Shown: one piece after another, positions 39,201-48,046 of the stretch
How the letters are laid out: every line of letters begins with the position of its first letter
How positions within the stretch are numbered: position 1 is the first letter of the stretch
Notes under the pieces: model-generated
The model's input: only the letters and a program-made list of their open reading frames with translations
What the model was told of the DNA's origin: nothing
The model's database searches: none
IMG/VR virus record: IMGVR_UViG_3300037067_004487
Coordinates: 697 to 64,696 of that record
Origin: a virus
Lineage: Duplodnaviria > Caudoviricetes
Reading direction: 5' to 3' (one strand)
Length of the DNA stretch: 64,000 nucleotides
Translations under genes and position numbers: made by a program

Positions 39201-42200
39201 CCGAGGCGCTGGGGTTTGAGCTGGAAGAAAGCTACCCCTATCCGACCGCTGGCGAGATTCCAACGATCCGCGCCGGGTTCGATGAGTTTTTCCAGACCAT
39301 CGAGACCCGCGAGGGCGAGGATGGGAAGGTGGCGCTGTTCAACGAACGGCGCGGCCAGGATGCGCCCGCCGAAGAGACGGCCAAGGTGCAGAAGGCCATC
39401 GAGGGCGGCACGCTGATCGACGCAGCGCAGTTTGTGGCGGACACGGGCTCAGAGGCACAGCAGGCGGTGGCCGAGATGGTGGTCAAGAAGCTGCAGGCGC
39501 TGCAGGACGCCGGGTTCAATCTGGACTTGAAGGTGGCGCATCGGGGCTTCCCGGTGCCGATGGAGCTTGCGAATGCCCGGGGATACACCGAATCGGCGTT
39601 CGACGCCAAGGGCCGGGACATCACGGTCTGGCTCAACGGTGCGGATGTGACCGGCAAGGTGGGGGTCGATTACGAGACCTTGCTGCATGAGTTGGTGCAC
39701 GCGGCCACGATGGGGGCGGTGATGCATGGGCGGGCGGTCAAGGGTTCTCCGTTCGCCGCTGATGTGGCGGCTCTGATGGATGTGACGGACGCGATTGCTG
39801 CGCACATCAACCAGCGGTTTGCGGATGCGGATGCGGGCCGGGCGACGCTGACGGAGTTCGAGAAGGATTTGCGCGCAGGGGCGAACAATGCCTTCACGCA
39901 GGATGACGAGACGCTGGCCTGGGCTTTGAGCAGTGTGGAGGCGCAGCAGTATCTTGAGACGATTCCCTACAAGCGCACGCAGCAGTCGCTGTGGCAACGG
40001 TTTGTGCAAGCGGTGCGCTCTGCGCTGGGCCTGAAGCCGCAGGCGGATACGGCGCTTTCCGAGGTGTTGCGCGTGGGTGCTTCCATCCTTGGGCGCAAGG
40101 AAAGCCAGGTGCGCGGCGTGCCTTCGTTCTGGCACAAGCGCGGGTTGCGCATGACGACGCAGCAGTCCGATGGCAGCACGGTGGCGATCAATCAGGCGGG
40201 GGCGGTGTATGCGGACAGCCCGACGCACAACACCAACTTCGCGTCCAACCCAGACAAGCGCCCCGGCACAGCGCAAGACAAGGCCGTCATGCGCGCCATT
40301 GCCGACGGCAAGAGCGCGCGCGATGTTCTGCGCCTGATCGCCAGCTCCAGCAAAAACCCGTTCAACCGGCAGGTGGCCCAGCTGCTGCTCAAGGCTGGCG
40401 TGACGCCCGACATCGTGTTCGGGCATATCGGCAAGCGCGGCGCCGACGGGATTCACGGCCAGTACCGTGGCAAGACCGACACGATCCACATCGCTGGCAG
40501 CGCCGAATACGCCGCCGAGCGCATCTTCCTGCACGAGGCGATGCACGCGGCGACCATGCGCGCGCTCAGGAAGAAGGGTCTGCACTCGATCCAGCTTCGC
40601 AAGCTGTTCGAGCATGTGAGCAAGCAAAAGAGCCTGGCCGGGTTCTACGGCATCAAGAACGTGGACGAGTTCGTGGCCGAGGTGTTCACGAACCCGGATT
40701 TCCAGCAGGCGCTGCGCAATATCAGCGCACCAAGCGGCAGCCCGCTCAAGACCGCATGGGACAGCTTTGTGCGGATCATGCGCTCCATCCTTGGATTGGG
40801 GAATGACTCGCACAGCGCGCTGTCGCAGGCGCTCAATCTTGGCGTGGGCGTGGTGCGCGAGGACATGCTGATCCGCAAGAAGGGCACGAGGATGGGGATG
40901 CGCGCCGAAGGTGGCGTTGACCCTGACGCCAAGGCGGCCGTTGCGTTGCAGCAGCGTGTTGAAGGCATGAGCGCGCAAGAGCTGGCGCAGTTTCTGGCGT
41001 CGGACAACACGCCAGCGCAGGCGGCTATTGCCCGGCGGGTGAGCGAACGCTTGACGGCGCTGCAAAAGCAAGGGGTGAAGTTCGACTTCAAGGTGTCGCA
41101 CATTGGCACGTTTGCCCCTGCGGCCATGAACCGGGCGCGGGCCTACACCGAGTTTGAGGTGGACGACAAAGGCCAAATCAGCGTGACGGTATGGGCGCAC
41201 GGCGCGGACATGCAAGGCCGCGTGGGGATGGATAAGGGCACGCTGTTGCACGAGCTGGTTCACGCTGTCACCGGGGCCGCGCTGCAGGCTGGGCGTATGC
41301 ACCCGGACTCGGCCTACAGACAATCCGTGGGCGACTTGCGCAAGCTGCACGCAGCCCTTGTGGAGCACATCATTGACCGACGCAAGCGCATGGGTGACGG
41401 CATCAGCGAGTTCGAGAAGTCGATTCTTGAGGGAGCGAACAATGCGATGCAGTCCGAGGATGAAATTCTGGCTTGGGGGCTGACGAATCCTGAGATGCAA
41501 AGCCTGCTGGAGTCCATGCCCTACCAAGGGGCAACGGGATGGGGCAGGTTCGTGCAGACGATCCGCAATCTGCTGGGACTGGCGCCTTCGGCAGACACCG
41601 GGCTATCTGAGGTGCTGCGCATTGCCGACCAGATCATGAGCGCCGATCCGGTAGAGACTTCCGAGCTGCCCAACATCGCCAAGTCGGGCATGCCGATGTA
41701 CAGCACTCAAGGTACGGCGCGGCGCTGGGGGATGGCCGAGCAGGATGGTGACGGCCATGTAGCCAACTTTGGCACGGATGACATGGCGCGCAACATCGGC
41801 GATGGCCTGAAGTCGATCACGGTGCCAAACGTCAAGCGCCTTGGCAAGCACAAGCTGACGGACTGGCTCAAGCTGGGCCTGCAGTTCCTGGGCCGCAGGC
41901 AGTTGGTGGACATCTACGGCGACATGCTTCCGATGGCCGAGTACGACCGTCTGGCGGCGCAGATGGAGGCGGACAAGAACGAGTCCGGCTCCGAGGCTGA
42001 TGAGCTGGTGCGGCGCTGGGCGAAGCTGCCCGACGAGGGCAAGCTGGCCGACTTGATGCACGAGGCGACGCTGGCGCAGATCGACGCGGATTCCGCCGTG
42101 GCGCATGACCCGAGCGATGACCAGATGCAGAGCCGGGCGCTCAAGGGCAGGTTCGATGCCCTGTCGCCGCAGGCGCAGAAGGTGTACCGCGAGGCGCGCG

Positions 42201-44422
42201 ACAGCTACCGCGCGCACCATGCGCAGGTGCGCCAGGCGATCAAAGACCGCATCGAGCGCAGCGAGCTGTCCAACAGCCGCCGGACGGAGCTGCTGCAGCG
42301 CATGGATGACGATTTTTTCCAGAAGGTGAAGGGGGTTTACTTCCCGCTGGCGCGCTTTGGCCAGTACGTGGTGGCGGTCAAAGACGCTGGTGGGCAGGTG
42401 GTGAGCGTGTCCAGGGCAGAGACGATGCCGGAGGCGGAGCGCGCGCGGGCGCAGTTGCTGGGGGCATTCCCGAAGGATAAGGGTTTCTCCGTGGGCCGCG
42501 TGACGCTGGACAAGGAGTTCGTGGCGAGCCACAAGATGGTGGGCCGGGGCTTCATGACCGATCTGTACCGGGCGATGGAGGGAATTGACCTGCCCACGGA
42601 TCAACTGGCCGAGATGGAGGACACGCTGGGGCAGTTGTACCTGTCGAGCCTGCCTGATCTGAGCTGGGCCAAGCACGGCATTCACCGCAAGGGCACGCCG
42701 GGCTTCAGCCAGGACGCGCGCCGGGCGTTTGCGCAAAACACCTTCCACGGCGCCCGCTACCTTGCGAAGCTGCGCTACGGCGACCGGATGCAGTCCGAGC
42801 TGGAGGCTATGCAAAAGCATGTGGACGAGTGGAGCGCGGTGGAAGATTTCGACCAGCCGGGGGCGCAGCGTGTGGTGGACGAGATGATGAAGCGCCACGA
42901 CACGATGATGAACCCCAAGAGCAACCCGCTGGCGACGGCGATGACGAGTCTGGGCTTTGTTTACTACCTTGGCCTGTCTCCAGCGGCGGCGGTGGTGAAC
43001 CTGTCGCAGACGGGGCTGGTGGCCTACCCGGTGATGGCGGCCAAGTGGGGCTACGCCAAGACGGCATCGGCGCTGCTCAAGGCGTCCGAGGAGTCGGTGC
43101 GAGGCAAGAACGACATCCGCACGCAGCTCAAGAGCCAAGACGAGATCGACGCCTACGACCGGGCTGTGGCCTCTGGCGTGATCGACGTGACGCAGGCGCA
43201 CGATCTGGCTGGTGTGGCGCAGGGCGAGGATCAGCGGGTGGCGTGGAAGCTGCGCCCGGTGATGAAGGCGGCGTCGTTCCTGTTCCACCACGCGGAGCGG
43301 TTCAACCGGCAGGCGACGTTCATGGCGGCGTACCGGCTGGCGAAGGAGGCGGGATCGAAGAATGCCTATGAGGATGCGGTGAAGGCGACCTATGACGGGC
43401 ATTTCGACTACAGCAGCTCGAACCGGCCCCGCGTGATGCAGGGCAATGTGGCGCGTGTGGTGCTGCTGTTCAAACAGTTCGCGCAGAACATGATCTACAC
43501 CATCGGGCGTCAGGCGTATCTGTCGGTGCAGGGTGAATCCCCGGAGGTGAGGAAACAGGCGCGCAAGACGTTCGCCGGGCTGATGGTGACGCACGCCATG
43601 GGCGCCGGGGTGTTGGGCCTGCCGCTGGTGGCGCCGCTGCTGGCGGTGGCGTCCATGCTTGGCGGCAGCGATGACGAGCCGTGGGACGCTGAGGTGGCGC
43701 TCAGGAACATGCTGGCCGATACGTTCGGGGCAAAGGCTTCCGAGGTGATCGCCAAGGGGCTCTCGCGTTTGACGCCTTGGGATATTTCCGGCCGGGTGGG
43801 GTTGGACAACCTGATCTTTCCCGACGTTCAGGAAGGGATTGAGGGGCAGCGCTGGGCCGAGTCGTTCGCTACGGGGATGCTGGGGCCGGTGATTGGCATG
43901 GGGGTGAACGCGGCGAAGGCGGCGCAGAGCCTGGGCGACGGTAACTACCAGCGCGCGCTGGAAGAGTTCATGCCGGTGATGCCGCGATCTTCGGTGAAGG
44001 CATACCGCTACTGGACGGAAGGCGACAAGGACAAGACCGGGGTGGTCGTCAAGGATGAGGTCGGCCTGGCTGGCGTGCTCGGGCAGGTGGCCGGGTTCTC
44101 GCCATCCGAGGTGCGGCTTGCCAGAGAGGGGCGGTCTGCGGTGCTGGATCAGGATCGCAGGCTCGGCGCACGCCGCTCCGAGTTGCTGGCGCAGTATGCC
44201 CACGCGGCCATGCGCGGCGACGCCGATGGCAAGCAGGATGCGGCAAATGCGATCCGGGCCTTCAACGAGAAGAACCCGACGCGCCGGATTACGGTGCCGC
44301 AGATGATGCAGTCGATGAGGAACCGCCAGAAGCGCATTGACCAGGCGCAGGACGGTGTGTATCTGCCGCGCACGAGAAGGGATGCGGCGCAGGCGGGGGC
44401 GTTTGCCCTCGATGGGGCCTAG
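33236..44422 (+). CDS. Large polyvalent protein, 3,728 aa (internal virion protein)
   Basis: ParB-like DGHH (about 36083), barnase/EndoU/colicin/RelE-like GLIHIQNRHG (about 36970), DFGEKIGGAK, zincin HExxH at about 38843, 39686, 40532 and 41249, EMSARAFE, YFPLARFG (PLxRFG, about 42344). Confidence 0.88.
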   Translation: MTPDEYLNQADEYIAAKSTKNPNAGSAEPKVFTERELGFQPRRTWGEAIKDTGAALAGGVAGLGKTAGDLYGLASGDMDNALSRYSQKGQEYFDEAKSGALKEKIAERSANIDAQDSTLGKAWTAVKDTLTDPALAMDTAASNAATMIPSMGAGRLAGGITAARGFAAAQAAAGAGKAITKEAADQVAMRAGRVATGTAIGTGAVQQGADVSGDIYGDLLKNTDAQWAQSPEYVAALQRNGGDAQAAKRELALGVARASFLPATAISVASNAIPGATLLERALVGAPAGAAAKAGAKEAGKLAGIRAFAKGVLGEGAQEFVEEGGGRLAANIAAQRVDPSHDTLDQVGENAGLGFAGGALLGIGGGVREGLAARRGFQPGADQQPGIDGAPPASVPPADGGQPLALPAPVIDVGGDGVARTADDRNARTQRINSGDITDVTPIRETPFGAAEAPVIEPAPVVQPPTPSEQLGLRSGPDAGTMENAAALAVDSGASPIAQTVDADGVLQDATQARDSRDLSAWTDEELSSTFRSDQAKEIRQQLAQEIARRRAVREQQALQDELDADQQALNEPQLPEGADAAFARTFEGEGDTVFQPRQEQGDGTQAQETQQAGAGQPQAGAAQTNAGAGENASAAGRGGVQEGGVGKYSGPADVSIVAGQKELANRAATISALKGMNGQIRAISPDEAWNDRAIEDANNLDDLRDAISNTLVRLTRGAQTTQENAQAESLRKRLDAASGSDLRQVFDRLGLAGARMTADERVRALMAEDYASVSQALDAVDGSAQQPALSSVSNADGDNTSPTAPASAPTPKQQKALDRIASGKAFFFSQPKAQAFIDDNGLSGTHELEQRGKSWHVVESQKSAATKTFAPETGTLGVPRSEMPQVPSRSHGALVNHLNAQGIAHETTTVDAGSLKPTQAEYSPAKVEEAKAADGDRAVIVSSDGHIIDGHHQAMAAAEEGKPVKAIVLDAPVDQALEAVKNSPSAQPSEAANTETMDLRKLAHAVEQPGDIMLGNDKFVTLEQAVAAAKAEMTPASWGMPFQFNRVLDIAPRDWNRMVQAMTGNEYRDPTKGGTTDSERTKAEAKPTKKPRGILAKKAEAEEAARAEYFTPGNIVKSYGGFDRVIEYNPSAERGGWEVQVQAVRKEGGAWVDVPNERARWHSTQPDAKELKAGPVGKVAVEQAPATAQPATAESVQEAAAKLPTDFITAPDGSLDYGEITPEMGKAMRRQAGKIRLRQGNEAWGLIHIQNRHGTQFAKLGFESAIDFIAHVAGAFNTVYKGKGAGLSLVLETDRVGGRLMVELEPSEDVDFYDVKTASPVRVDQYKNEKPLWRRVGTNALSAEADPLLPRGQSGSDSIAQSTTQVQPVTPAQVQAATEQIKNLIGAAIDAMPAGEVNRIAKKFLPTMGVKPTVSKAKNKEAFVDPKVNLLGAAAELGVEVPAEVRRALVAEAEGRVQEAPEPVSQPEARKAAKAGAKESTAISDFGEKIGGAKKDIWASMQDSLKAVADGDIASQPLSKIWPQPDYQALIDGGADPWVMAFARAARDEVPAKPRSGWKVKRWAEQVRTLRGLTVELMDGTLSVDEVRKKMLGLNSQGMRDLNGRVDLYMLVGHRQSLDGVRISSGQYSLYKGQDFNPPKTFWTVEKSTKATVFGNWPRELAIGNTREEALQAFKKAYDSLDINPAPSKEVSFEIYSRRGDDGKASGYWVAKKIGRNPIFLAGPFATVKEARAYRDEHQAELVEKLAKVKEIPRERRDTNEPRVGEDMRNGQDVTPQMFGDTFGFRGVEFGNWVEQGRRQKDLNDAFDALMDMAAVLGLPPKALSLNGELGLAFGARGSGGVNPASAHYERDKVVINLTKKSGAGSLGHEWWHALDNYFSRMRAQPVSMMTTALDVSLASRGSPFEHRGAVRKEMIQAYGAVVKAIRLTALKARSAKLDAKRTKEYWTTGHEMSARAFESYLISKLQDQNASNDYLANVVSPQTWKAAEALGFELEESYPYPTAGEIPTIRAGFDEFFQTIETREGEDGKVALFNERRGQDAPAEETAKVQKAIEGGTLIDAAQFVADTGSEAQQAVAEMVVKKLQALQDAGFNLDLKVAHRGFPVPMELANARGYTESAFDAKGRDITVWLNGADVTGKVGVDYETLLHELVHAATMGAVMHGRAVKGSPFAADVAALMDVTDAIAAHINQRFADADAGRATLTEFEKDLRAGANNAFTQDDETLAWALSSVEAQQYLETIPYKRTQQSLWQRFVQAVRSALGLKPQADTALSEVLRVGASILGRKESQVRGVPSFWHKRGLRMTTQQSDGSTVAINQAGAVYADSPTHNTNFASNPDKRPGTAQDKAVMRAIADGKSARDVLRLIASSSKNPFNRQVAQLLLKAGVTPDIVFGHIGKRGADGIHGQYRGKTDTIHIAGSAEYAAERIFLHEAMHAATMRALRKKGLHSIQLRKLFEHVSKQKSLAGFYGIKNVDEFVAEVFTNPDFQQALRNISAPSGSPLKTAWDSFVRIMRSILGLGNDSHSALSQALNLGVGVVREDMLIRKKGTRMGMRAEGGVDPDAKAAVALQQRVEGMSAQELAQFLASDNTPAQAAIARRVSERLTALQKQGVKFDFKVSHIGTFAPAAMNRARAYTEFEVDDKGQISVTVWAHGADMQGRVGMDKGTLLHELVHAVTGAALQAGRMHPDSAYRQSVGDLRKLHAALVEHIIDRRKRMGDGISEFEKSILEGANNAMQSEDEILAWGLTNPEMQSLLESMPYQGATGWGRFVQTIRNLLGLAPSADTGLSEVLRIADQIMSADPVETSELPNIAKSGMPMYSTQGTARRWGMAEQDGDGHVANFGTDDMARNIGDGLKSITVPNVKRLGKHKLTDWLKLGLQFLGRRQLVDIYGDMLPMAEYDRLAAQMEADKNESGSEADELVRRWAKLPDEGKLADLMHEATLAQIDADSAVAHDPSDDQMQSRALKGRFDALSPQAQKVYREARDSYRAHHAQVRQAIKDRIERSELSNSRRTELLQRMDDDFFQKVKGVYFPLARFGQYVVAVKDAGGQVVSVSRAETMPEAERARAQLLGAFPKDKGFSVGRVTLDKEFVASHKMVGRGFMTDLYRAMEGIDLPTDQLAEMEDTLGQLYLSSLPDLSWAKHGIHRKGTPGFSQDARRAFAQNTFHGARYLAKLRYGDRMQSELEAMQKHVDEWSAVEDFDQPGAQRVVDEMMKRHDTMMNPKSNPLATAMTSLGFVYYLGLSPAAAVVNLSQTGLVAYPVMAAKWGYAKTASALLKASEESVRGKNDIRTQLKSQDEIDAYDRAVASGVIDVTQAHDLAGVAQGEDQRVAWKLRPVMKAASFLFHHAERFNRQATFMAAYRLAKEAGSKNAYEDAVKATYDGHFDYSSSNRPRVMQGNVARVVLLFKQFAQNMIYTIGRQAYLSVQGESPEVRKQARKTFAGLMVTHAMGAGVLGLPLVAPLLAVASMLGGSDDEPWDAEVALRNMLADTFGAKASEVIAKGLSRLTPWDISGRVGLDNLIFPDVQEGIEGQRWAESFATGMLGPVIGMGVNAAKAAQSLGDGNYQRALEEFMPVMPRSSVKAYRYWTEGDKDKTGVVVKDEVGLAGVLGQVAGFSPSEVRLAREGRSAVLDQDRRLGARRSELLAQYAHAAMRGDADGKQDAANAIRAFNEKNPTRRITVPQMMQSMRNRQKRIDQAQDGVYLPRTRRDAAQAGAFALDGA

Positions 44423-44466
44423 ATCAGCAGATGCGGGAGATGGCGGCTCAAGCCGAATAACCCGGT

Positions 44467-44504
44467 ATAGGGTTGGACGCCGTGCGCAGGGTCGGCAAAA
44501 CTGC
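44467..44504 (+). promoter_or_regulatory. Putative late promoter, copy 5
   Basis: ATAGGGTTGG-N20-AAAACTGC; ATG at 44510. Confidence 0.6.
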
Positions 44505-44509
44505 CGCGC

Positions 44510-44866
44510 ATGTCCACCCCCGCCAAGCTCAAGCTGACGATCTACCAGGGCGCCACCTTCCGCAAGACCCTGATCTGGTCTGAGGAAGACAAGACCCCCA
44601 TCGACCTGACGGGCTGCACGGCCCGGATGCAGGTGCGCCCGGAGATTGAGTCGCCCACCGTGCTGCTGTCGCTTACGACAGAGAACGGCGGGATCGACCT
44701 GACCCATGCAGACGGAATCATCGACCTGCTCATCAGCGCCGAGGACACGGCCGCCATTACCTGGGAGTCGGGCGTCTACGACCTGGAGATCGTGCACCCC
44801 AGCACCGAAGTGACCCGCCTTGTGCAGGGCAGCGTATCGGTTTCGCCGGAGGTGACGCGTGACTGA
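44510..44866 (+). CDS. Tail-fibre-associated Ig-like protein (BppU-N-like)
   Basis: LTIYQGATFRKTLIW..PIDLTGCTARMQVR..VYDLEI. Confidence 0.7.
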   Translation: MSTPAKLKLTIYQGATFRKTLIWSEEDKTPIDLTGCTARMQVRPEIESPTVLLSLTTENGGIDLTHADGIIDLLISAEDTAAITWESGVYDLEIVHPSTEVTRLVQGSVSVSPEVTRD

Positions 44867-45359
44867 TCTGGTGTCCGTGCAGGAGGTGCAGATTGTCTCG
44901 GTGCCGGAGACGACCGTACAGGTCATCGAGGCACCGAGCGAGACGCGCATCATCGCGGAATGCCAGCAGGGGCCGGAAGGGAAGCCTGGCCCTGTCGGCC
45001 CAGCAGGTGGTGCGGCCTTTATTCGCTACACCTCTTCTGCTCTCTCCGCGCTTCGTGTGGTGTGGGAGGACGTGGACGGTGCGGTGTACCCGATCGACCC
45101 GGAAGACGATGCCCACATCGACCTGATCAGCGGCCTGACGCTCACGGCCACGCCTGGCGCGGGCGAGGTGACCGTGCAGCGCAGCGGCCCGGTGGACGAC
45201 AGCGCCTGGAGCTGGGCGCCGGGCCGGGTGTGGCTGGGCGCTGCGGGCGCTCTCACGCAAACCCCGCCGCTGGACGGCACGGACGTGCTCATCGGCTACG
45301 CCGTCTCGCCTACGCGGCTTTTTCTTGACATCCAAGACCCTATTTTTCAGGAGGACTGA
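44859..45359 (+). CDS. Tail-fibre accessory protein
   Basis: QGPEGKPGPVGPAGG collagen-like stretch; WSWAPGRVWLGAAGALTQTPP. Confidence 0.6.
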   Translation: MTDLVSVQEVQIVSVPETTVQVIEAPSETRIIAECQQGPEGKPGPVGPAGGAAFIRYTSSALSALRVVWEDVDGAVYPIDPEDDAHIDLISGLTLTATPGAGEVTVQRSGPVDDSAWSWAPGRVWLGAAGALTQTPPLDGTDVLIGYAVSPTRLFLDIQDPIFQED

Positions 45360-45362
45360 ACC

Positions 45363-45881
45363 ATGGCCCAACGATTCCTCGCCCGTGTGTCGGGCAAGAC
45401 CAAGCAGATCGAGGCGAAAGCCACCAGCACCGGCGCGGCGGATGCGGGGAAAATTGCCGCACTGGGCTCGGACGGGCGTCTCGACGAGTCCATGATGCCC
45501 GCAGGCATCGGCGCGGACACGCAGATCATCCCCGCCAGTGAAGCCCTGAGCGCCGGGAACCTGATCAATATCTGGAGCGATTCGGGCGACGTGAAAGTGC
45601 GCCTGGCCGACAACAGCAACGGCCGCCCGGCCGATGGCTACGTGCTCGATGCGGTCGCCATGGCTGCCGACGCCACGGTGTATCCGCTGGATGGCACCAA
45701 CAGCGAGCTGACGGGCCTGACGCCAGGCGCTGAATACTGGCTGGGCACCGCTGGCGGCGTGATCGCCGTGCCGTTGGACGAGACCGACGCGGCCAACGCC
45801 AGCAAGATCAGCCAGTACCTGGGCAAGGCCAAGAGCGCCACGGAGCTGATCACGACCGATGACGGTTACGTGATCCTGTAA
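45363..45881 (+). CDS. Tail-fibre accessory protein
   Basis: GAADAGKIAALGSDGRLDESMMP; GLTPGAEYWLGTAGG. Confidence 0.65.
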   Translation: MAQRFLARVSGKTKQIEAKATSTGAADAGKIAALGSDGRLDESMMPAGIGADTQIIPASEALSAGNLINIWSDSGDVKVRLADNSNGRPADGYVLDAVAMAADATVYPLDGTNSELTGLTPGAEYWLGTAGGVIAVPLDETDAANASKISQYLGKAKSATELITTDDGYVIL

Positions 45882-45891
45882 GAGGCGGACG

Positions 45892-46905
45892 ATGGCGACG
45901 CGCAGACCACTCGTGCTGATCGGCGGCAAGCGCAAGCTGCTACCCGCGGAGGACACGCTGCCCGGCAGCGGCGATGTCGCTACCACCATTCACGCTGCAA
46001 CAACCAAGACCACTCCCGCCGACGCAGACGAACTGGGCATCGTTGACAGCGCCGCTTCGTGGGTGCTGAAAAAGTTCACCTGGGCGAATCTCAAGGCCGC
46101 GCTCCTGGCCTACTTCAAAGGGCAGTTTCGGGAAAAGCTCACCGCCGCTCGCACGTACTACGTCCGCACGGATGGGGGTGATAGCAACGACGGTCTGAGC
46201 GATACCACGGGCGGTGCGTTTGCGACGATTCAGAAAGCATTGGACGTGGCCAGCGCGCTGGACACTGGCATCTACGATGTGACGATCAGCATCGGGGCGG
46301 GCACGTTTTCGGAGCCGCAGTTCGTGCTCAAGTCATATACCGGGGCCGGTCTAATCATTCTGCAGGGCGCGGGTACGAGCAATACGACACTGAGCACCAC
46401 GTCTGCGGCGTCAAGTGGAGCCATCATGGCGCAAAGCGTGATCGGCAGATACCACCTACGCGACTTCAAATTGACGAACACAGGGACGGCCGCGCAAGCC
46501 CTTCTCTACGCATATGGCGGTTCGAGGCTTTACTTTGAAGACCTGGATTTCGGCTCTGGCGCGAAGTGGCACATCGGCGCGCAATTTGGCGCGTTCGTAG
46601 AAGCGACCGGAGGGTACTCGATTTCAGGTGGGTCAGAGTCGCACATGGCGGTCTTTGCGAACTCATTCGTATACATCAGTCAAAAGACAATTGTTCTTAC
46701 CGGAACGCCCGCATTCAGCGTTGCGTTTGCGCGCGCCGAATTTGTGGGTGCAGTGTATTTGTACAGCAACACTTTTTCTGGTTCGGCAACAGGCAAACGC
46801 TACCAATGCGTGGGTGGTGGCGGCATCCGCGTGTTGGGCGCTGGGGCGAATTACATTCCTGGCGATGTTGCCGGAACTACTGACACGACGAGTTGGTATC
46901 TATGA
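45892..46905 (+). CDS. Tail fibre/spike (beta-helix-like C-terminus)
   Basis: ARTYYVRTDGGDSNDGL..FATIQKAL..TISIGAGTF; codon usage shifts in the C-terminal half. Confidence 0.75.
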   Translation: MATRRPLVLIGGKRKLLPAEDTLPGSGDVATTIHAATTKTTPADADELGIVDSAASWVLKKFTWANLKAALLAYFKGQFREKLTAARTYYVRTDGGDSNDGLSDTTGGAFATIQKALDVASALDTGIYDVTISIGAGTFSEPQFVLKSYTGAGLIILQGAGTSNTTLSTTSAASSGAIMAQSVIGRYHLRDFKLTNTGTAAQALLYAYGGSRLYFEDLDFGSGAKWHIGAQFGAFVEATGGYSISGGSESHMAVFANSFVYISQKTIVLTGTPAFSVAFARAEFVGAVYLYSNTFSGSATGKRYQCVGGGGIRVLGAGANYIPGDVAGTTDTTSWYL

Positions 46906-47342
46906 CGACCTACAAACTCACGCATGAGGGGTACGTCATCCGCGACGGCGATACGAAAGTCCCCACCGTTGACACCCCGGAGTGGCCCAACACCAACGCG
47001 GATTACCTTGCGTACAAGCAGTGGCTCGCTGATGGAGGCGTGCCGCTGCCGCCCGATCCGCTATCGCCGCAGGAGACGTTCTCTGCTGTCCAGCAGGCTG
47101 TGCAGCAGCGCCTGGATGACTTCGCCCAAACACGTGGTTACGACGGCATCCTGAGCGCGGCGACCTATGTGACAAGCACTGTTCCGAAATTCGCTGCCGA
47201 GGGGCAATACGCCGTTGGAGTGCGGGATGCAACGTGGGCGGCCTGCTACCAGATCATGGCGGATGTTCAGAGCGGTGTGCGCCCGCTGCCTACCGTGAGT
47301 GAAGTGTTGGCGGAACTCCCGCCTTTGGAGTGGCCGCAATGA
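46902..47342 (+). CDS. Tail-fibre assembly protein
   Basis: NADYLAYKQWLADGGVP; QQRLDDFAQTRGYDGILSAATY..RDATWAACY. Confidence 0.75.
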   Translation: MTTYKLTHEGYVIRDGDTKVPTVDTPEWPNTNADYLAYKQWLADGGVPLPPDPLSPQETFSAVQQAVQQRLDDFAQTRGYDGILSAATYVTSTVPKFAAEGQYAVGVRDATWAACYQIMADVQSGVRPLPTVSEVLAELPPLEWPQ

Positions 47343-48046
47343 ATGCCGACCTGCTCACCATCGCCGGTGTGCCCGAGACGCTGCGCACCGAGGCGCTTGC
47401 GAATCTCGTCGTCGCGGAAGAGCGCAGCCGTGGCTTGCTGTGGCACAAGATCAAGGTGCGCTACTGGTACGCCAGCGACTGCGCCGCTGCTCTCTCGTGG
47501 AAGGACAACCGTCTGATCGACGTGAAGCCCGAATGGGCGAGCCGCGACATTGCGCCGGTGCGCAATGTCTCCTGCAATGGCGACAACCCTCCATGGGACG
47601 AGACCGGCCCGGTCTTGGATGCGTGGCTCGATCAGGACCCTGCGAGCGCCGACTACCGGCTTGCCGTGCAGCGCAACTACTGGCTCCCCGGCACTCACCC
47701 TAGAAGCTACGAGGCACGCAAGGCTTGGTATCGCAGGAACGGCGGCGAGTACGAGGCATGGGCTCGCGGCTGGCCCATCGACGTAAACGCGCCCTACCAA
47801 GTGTGGGAAGGCACGCAAGGCCGCACGCAAGTGACCGTGCAGTGCTGCAGCGGCGCATGGCAAGTCGATGTGCGCAAGAACTACGGCCCCATCGTGATCG
47901 AGGGCCACTACGGGTTTGAGATTTCCAACGTGTTCACCACGATCAACGGGCCACGCGAGCAGTCGTGGTATCCCCTGCCGGGGTATGAGCTGCGCGCGCC
48001 GGTGTGCTGGGCAACGATTCCAAGAATTCGAGGCTGGAATGACTGA
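47339..48046 (+). CDS. Hypothetical phage protein
   Basis: ATGA coupling; Trp-rich. Confidence 0.6.
   Translation: MNADLLTIAGVPETLRTEALANLVVAEERSRGLLWHKIKVRYWYASDCAAALSWKDNRLIDVKPEWASRDIAPVRNVSCNGDNPPWDETGPVLDAWLDQDPASADYRLAVQRNYWLPGTHPRSYEARKAWYRRNGGEYEAWARGWPIDVNAPYQVWEGTQGRTQVTVQCCSGAWQVDVRKNYGPIVIEGHYGFEISNVFTTINGPREQSWYPLPGYELRAPVCWATIPRIRGWND

Noticed and set aside
33119-44953. Long minus-strand ORFs (825, 692 and 1116 aa) opposite the giant protein, and similar ones opposite the head and tail genes
   Set aside because: No motifs or SDs and Arg/His/Leu/Ala-biased; expected stop-poor antisense frames of GC3-rich genes.
45892-47342. Diversity-generating retroelement acting on the tail fibre
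   Set aside because: No reverse transcriptase and no template/variable repeat pair seen in the window.
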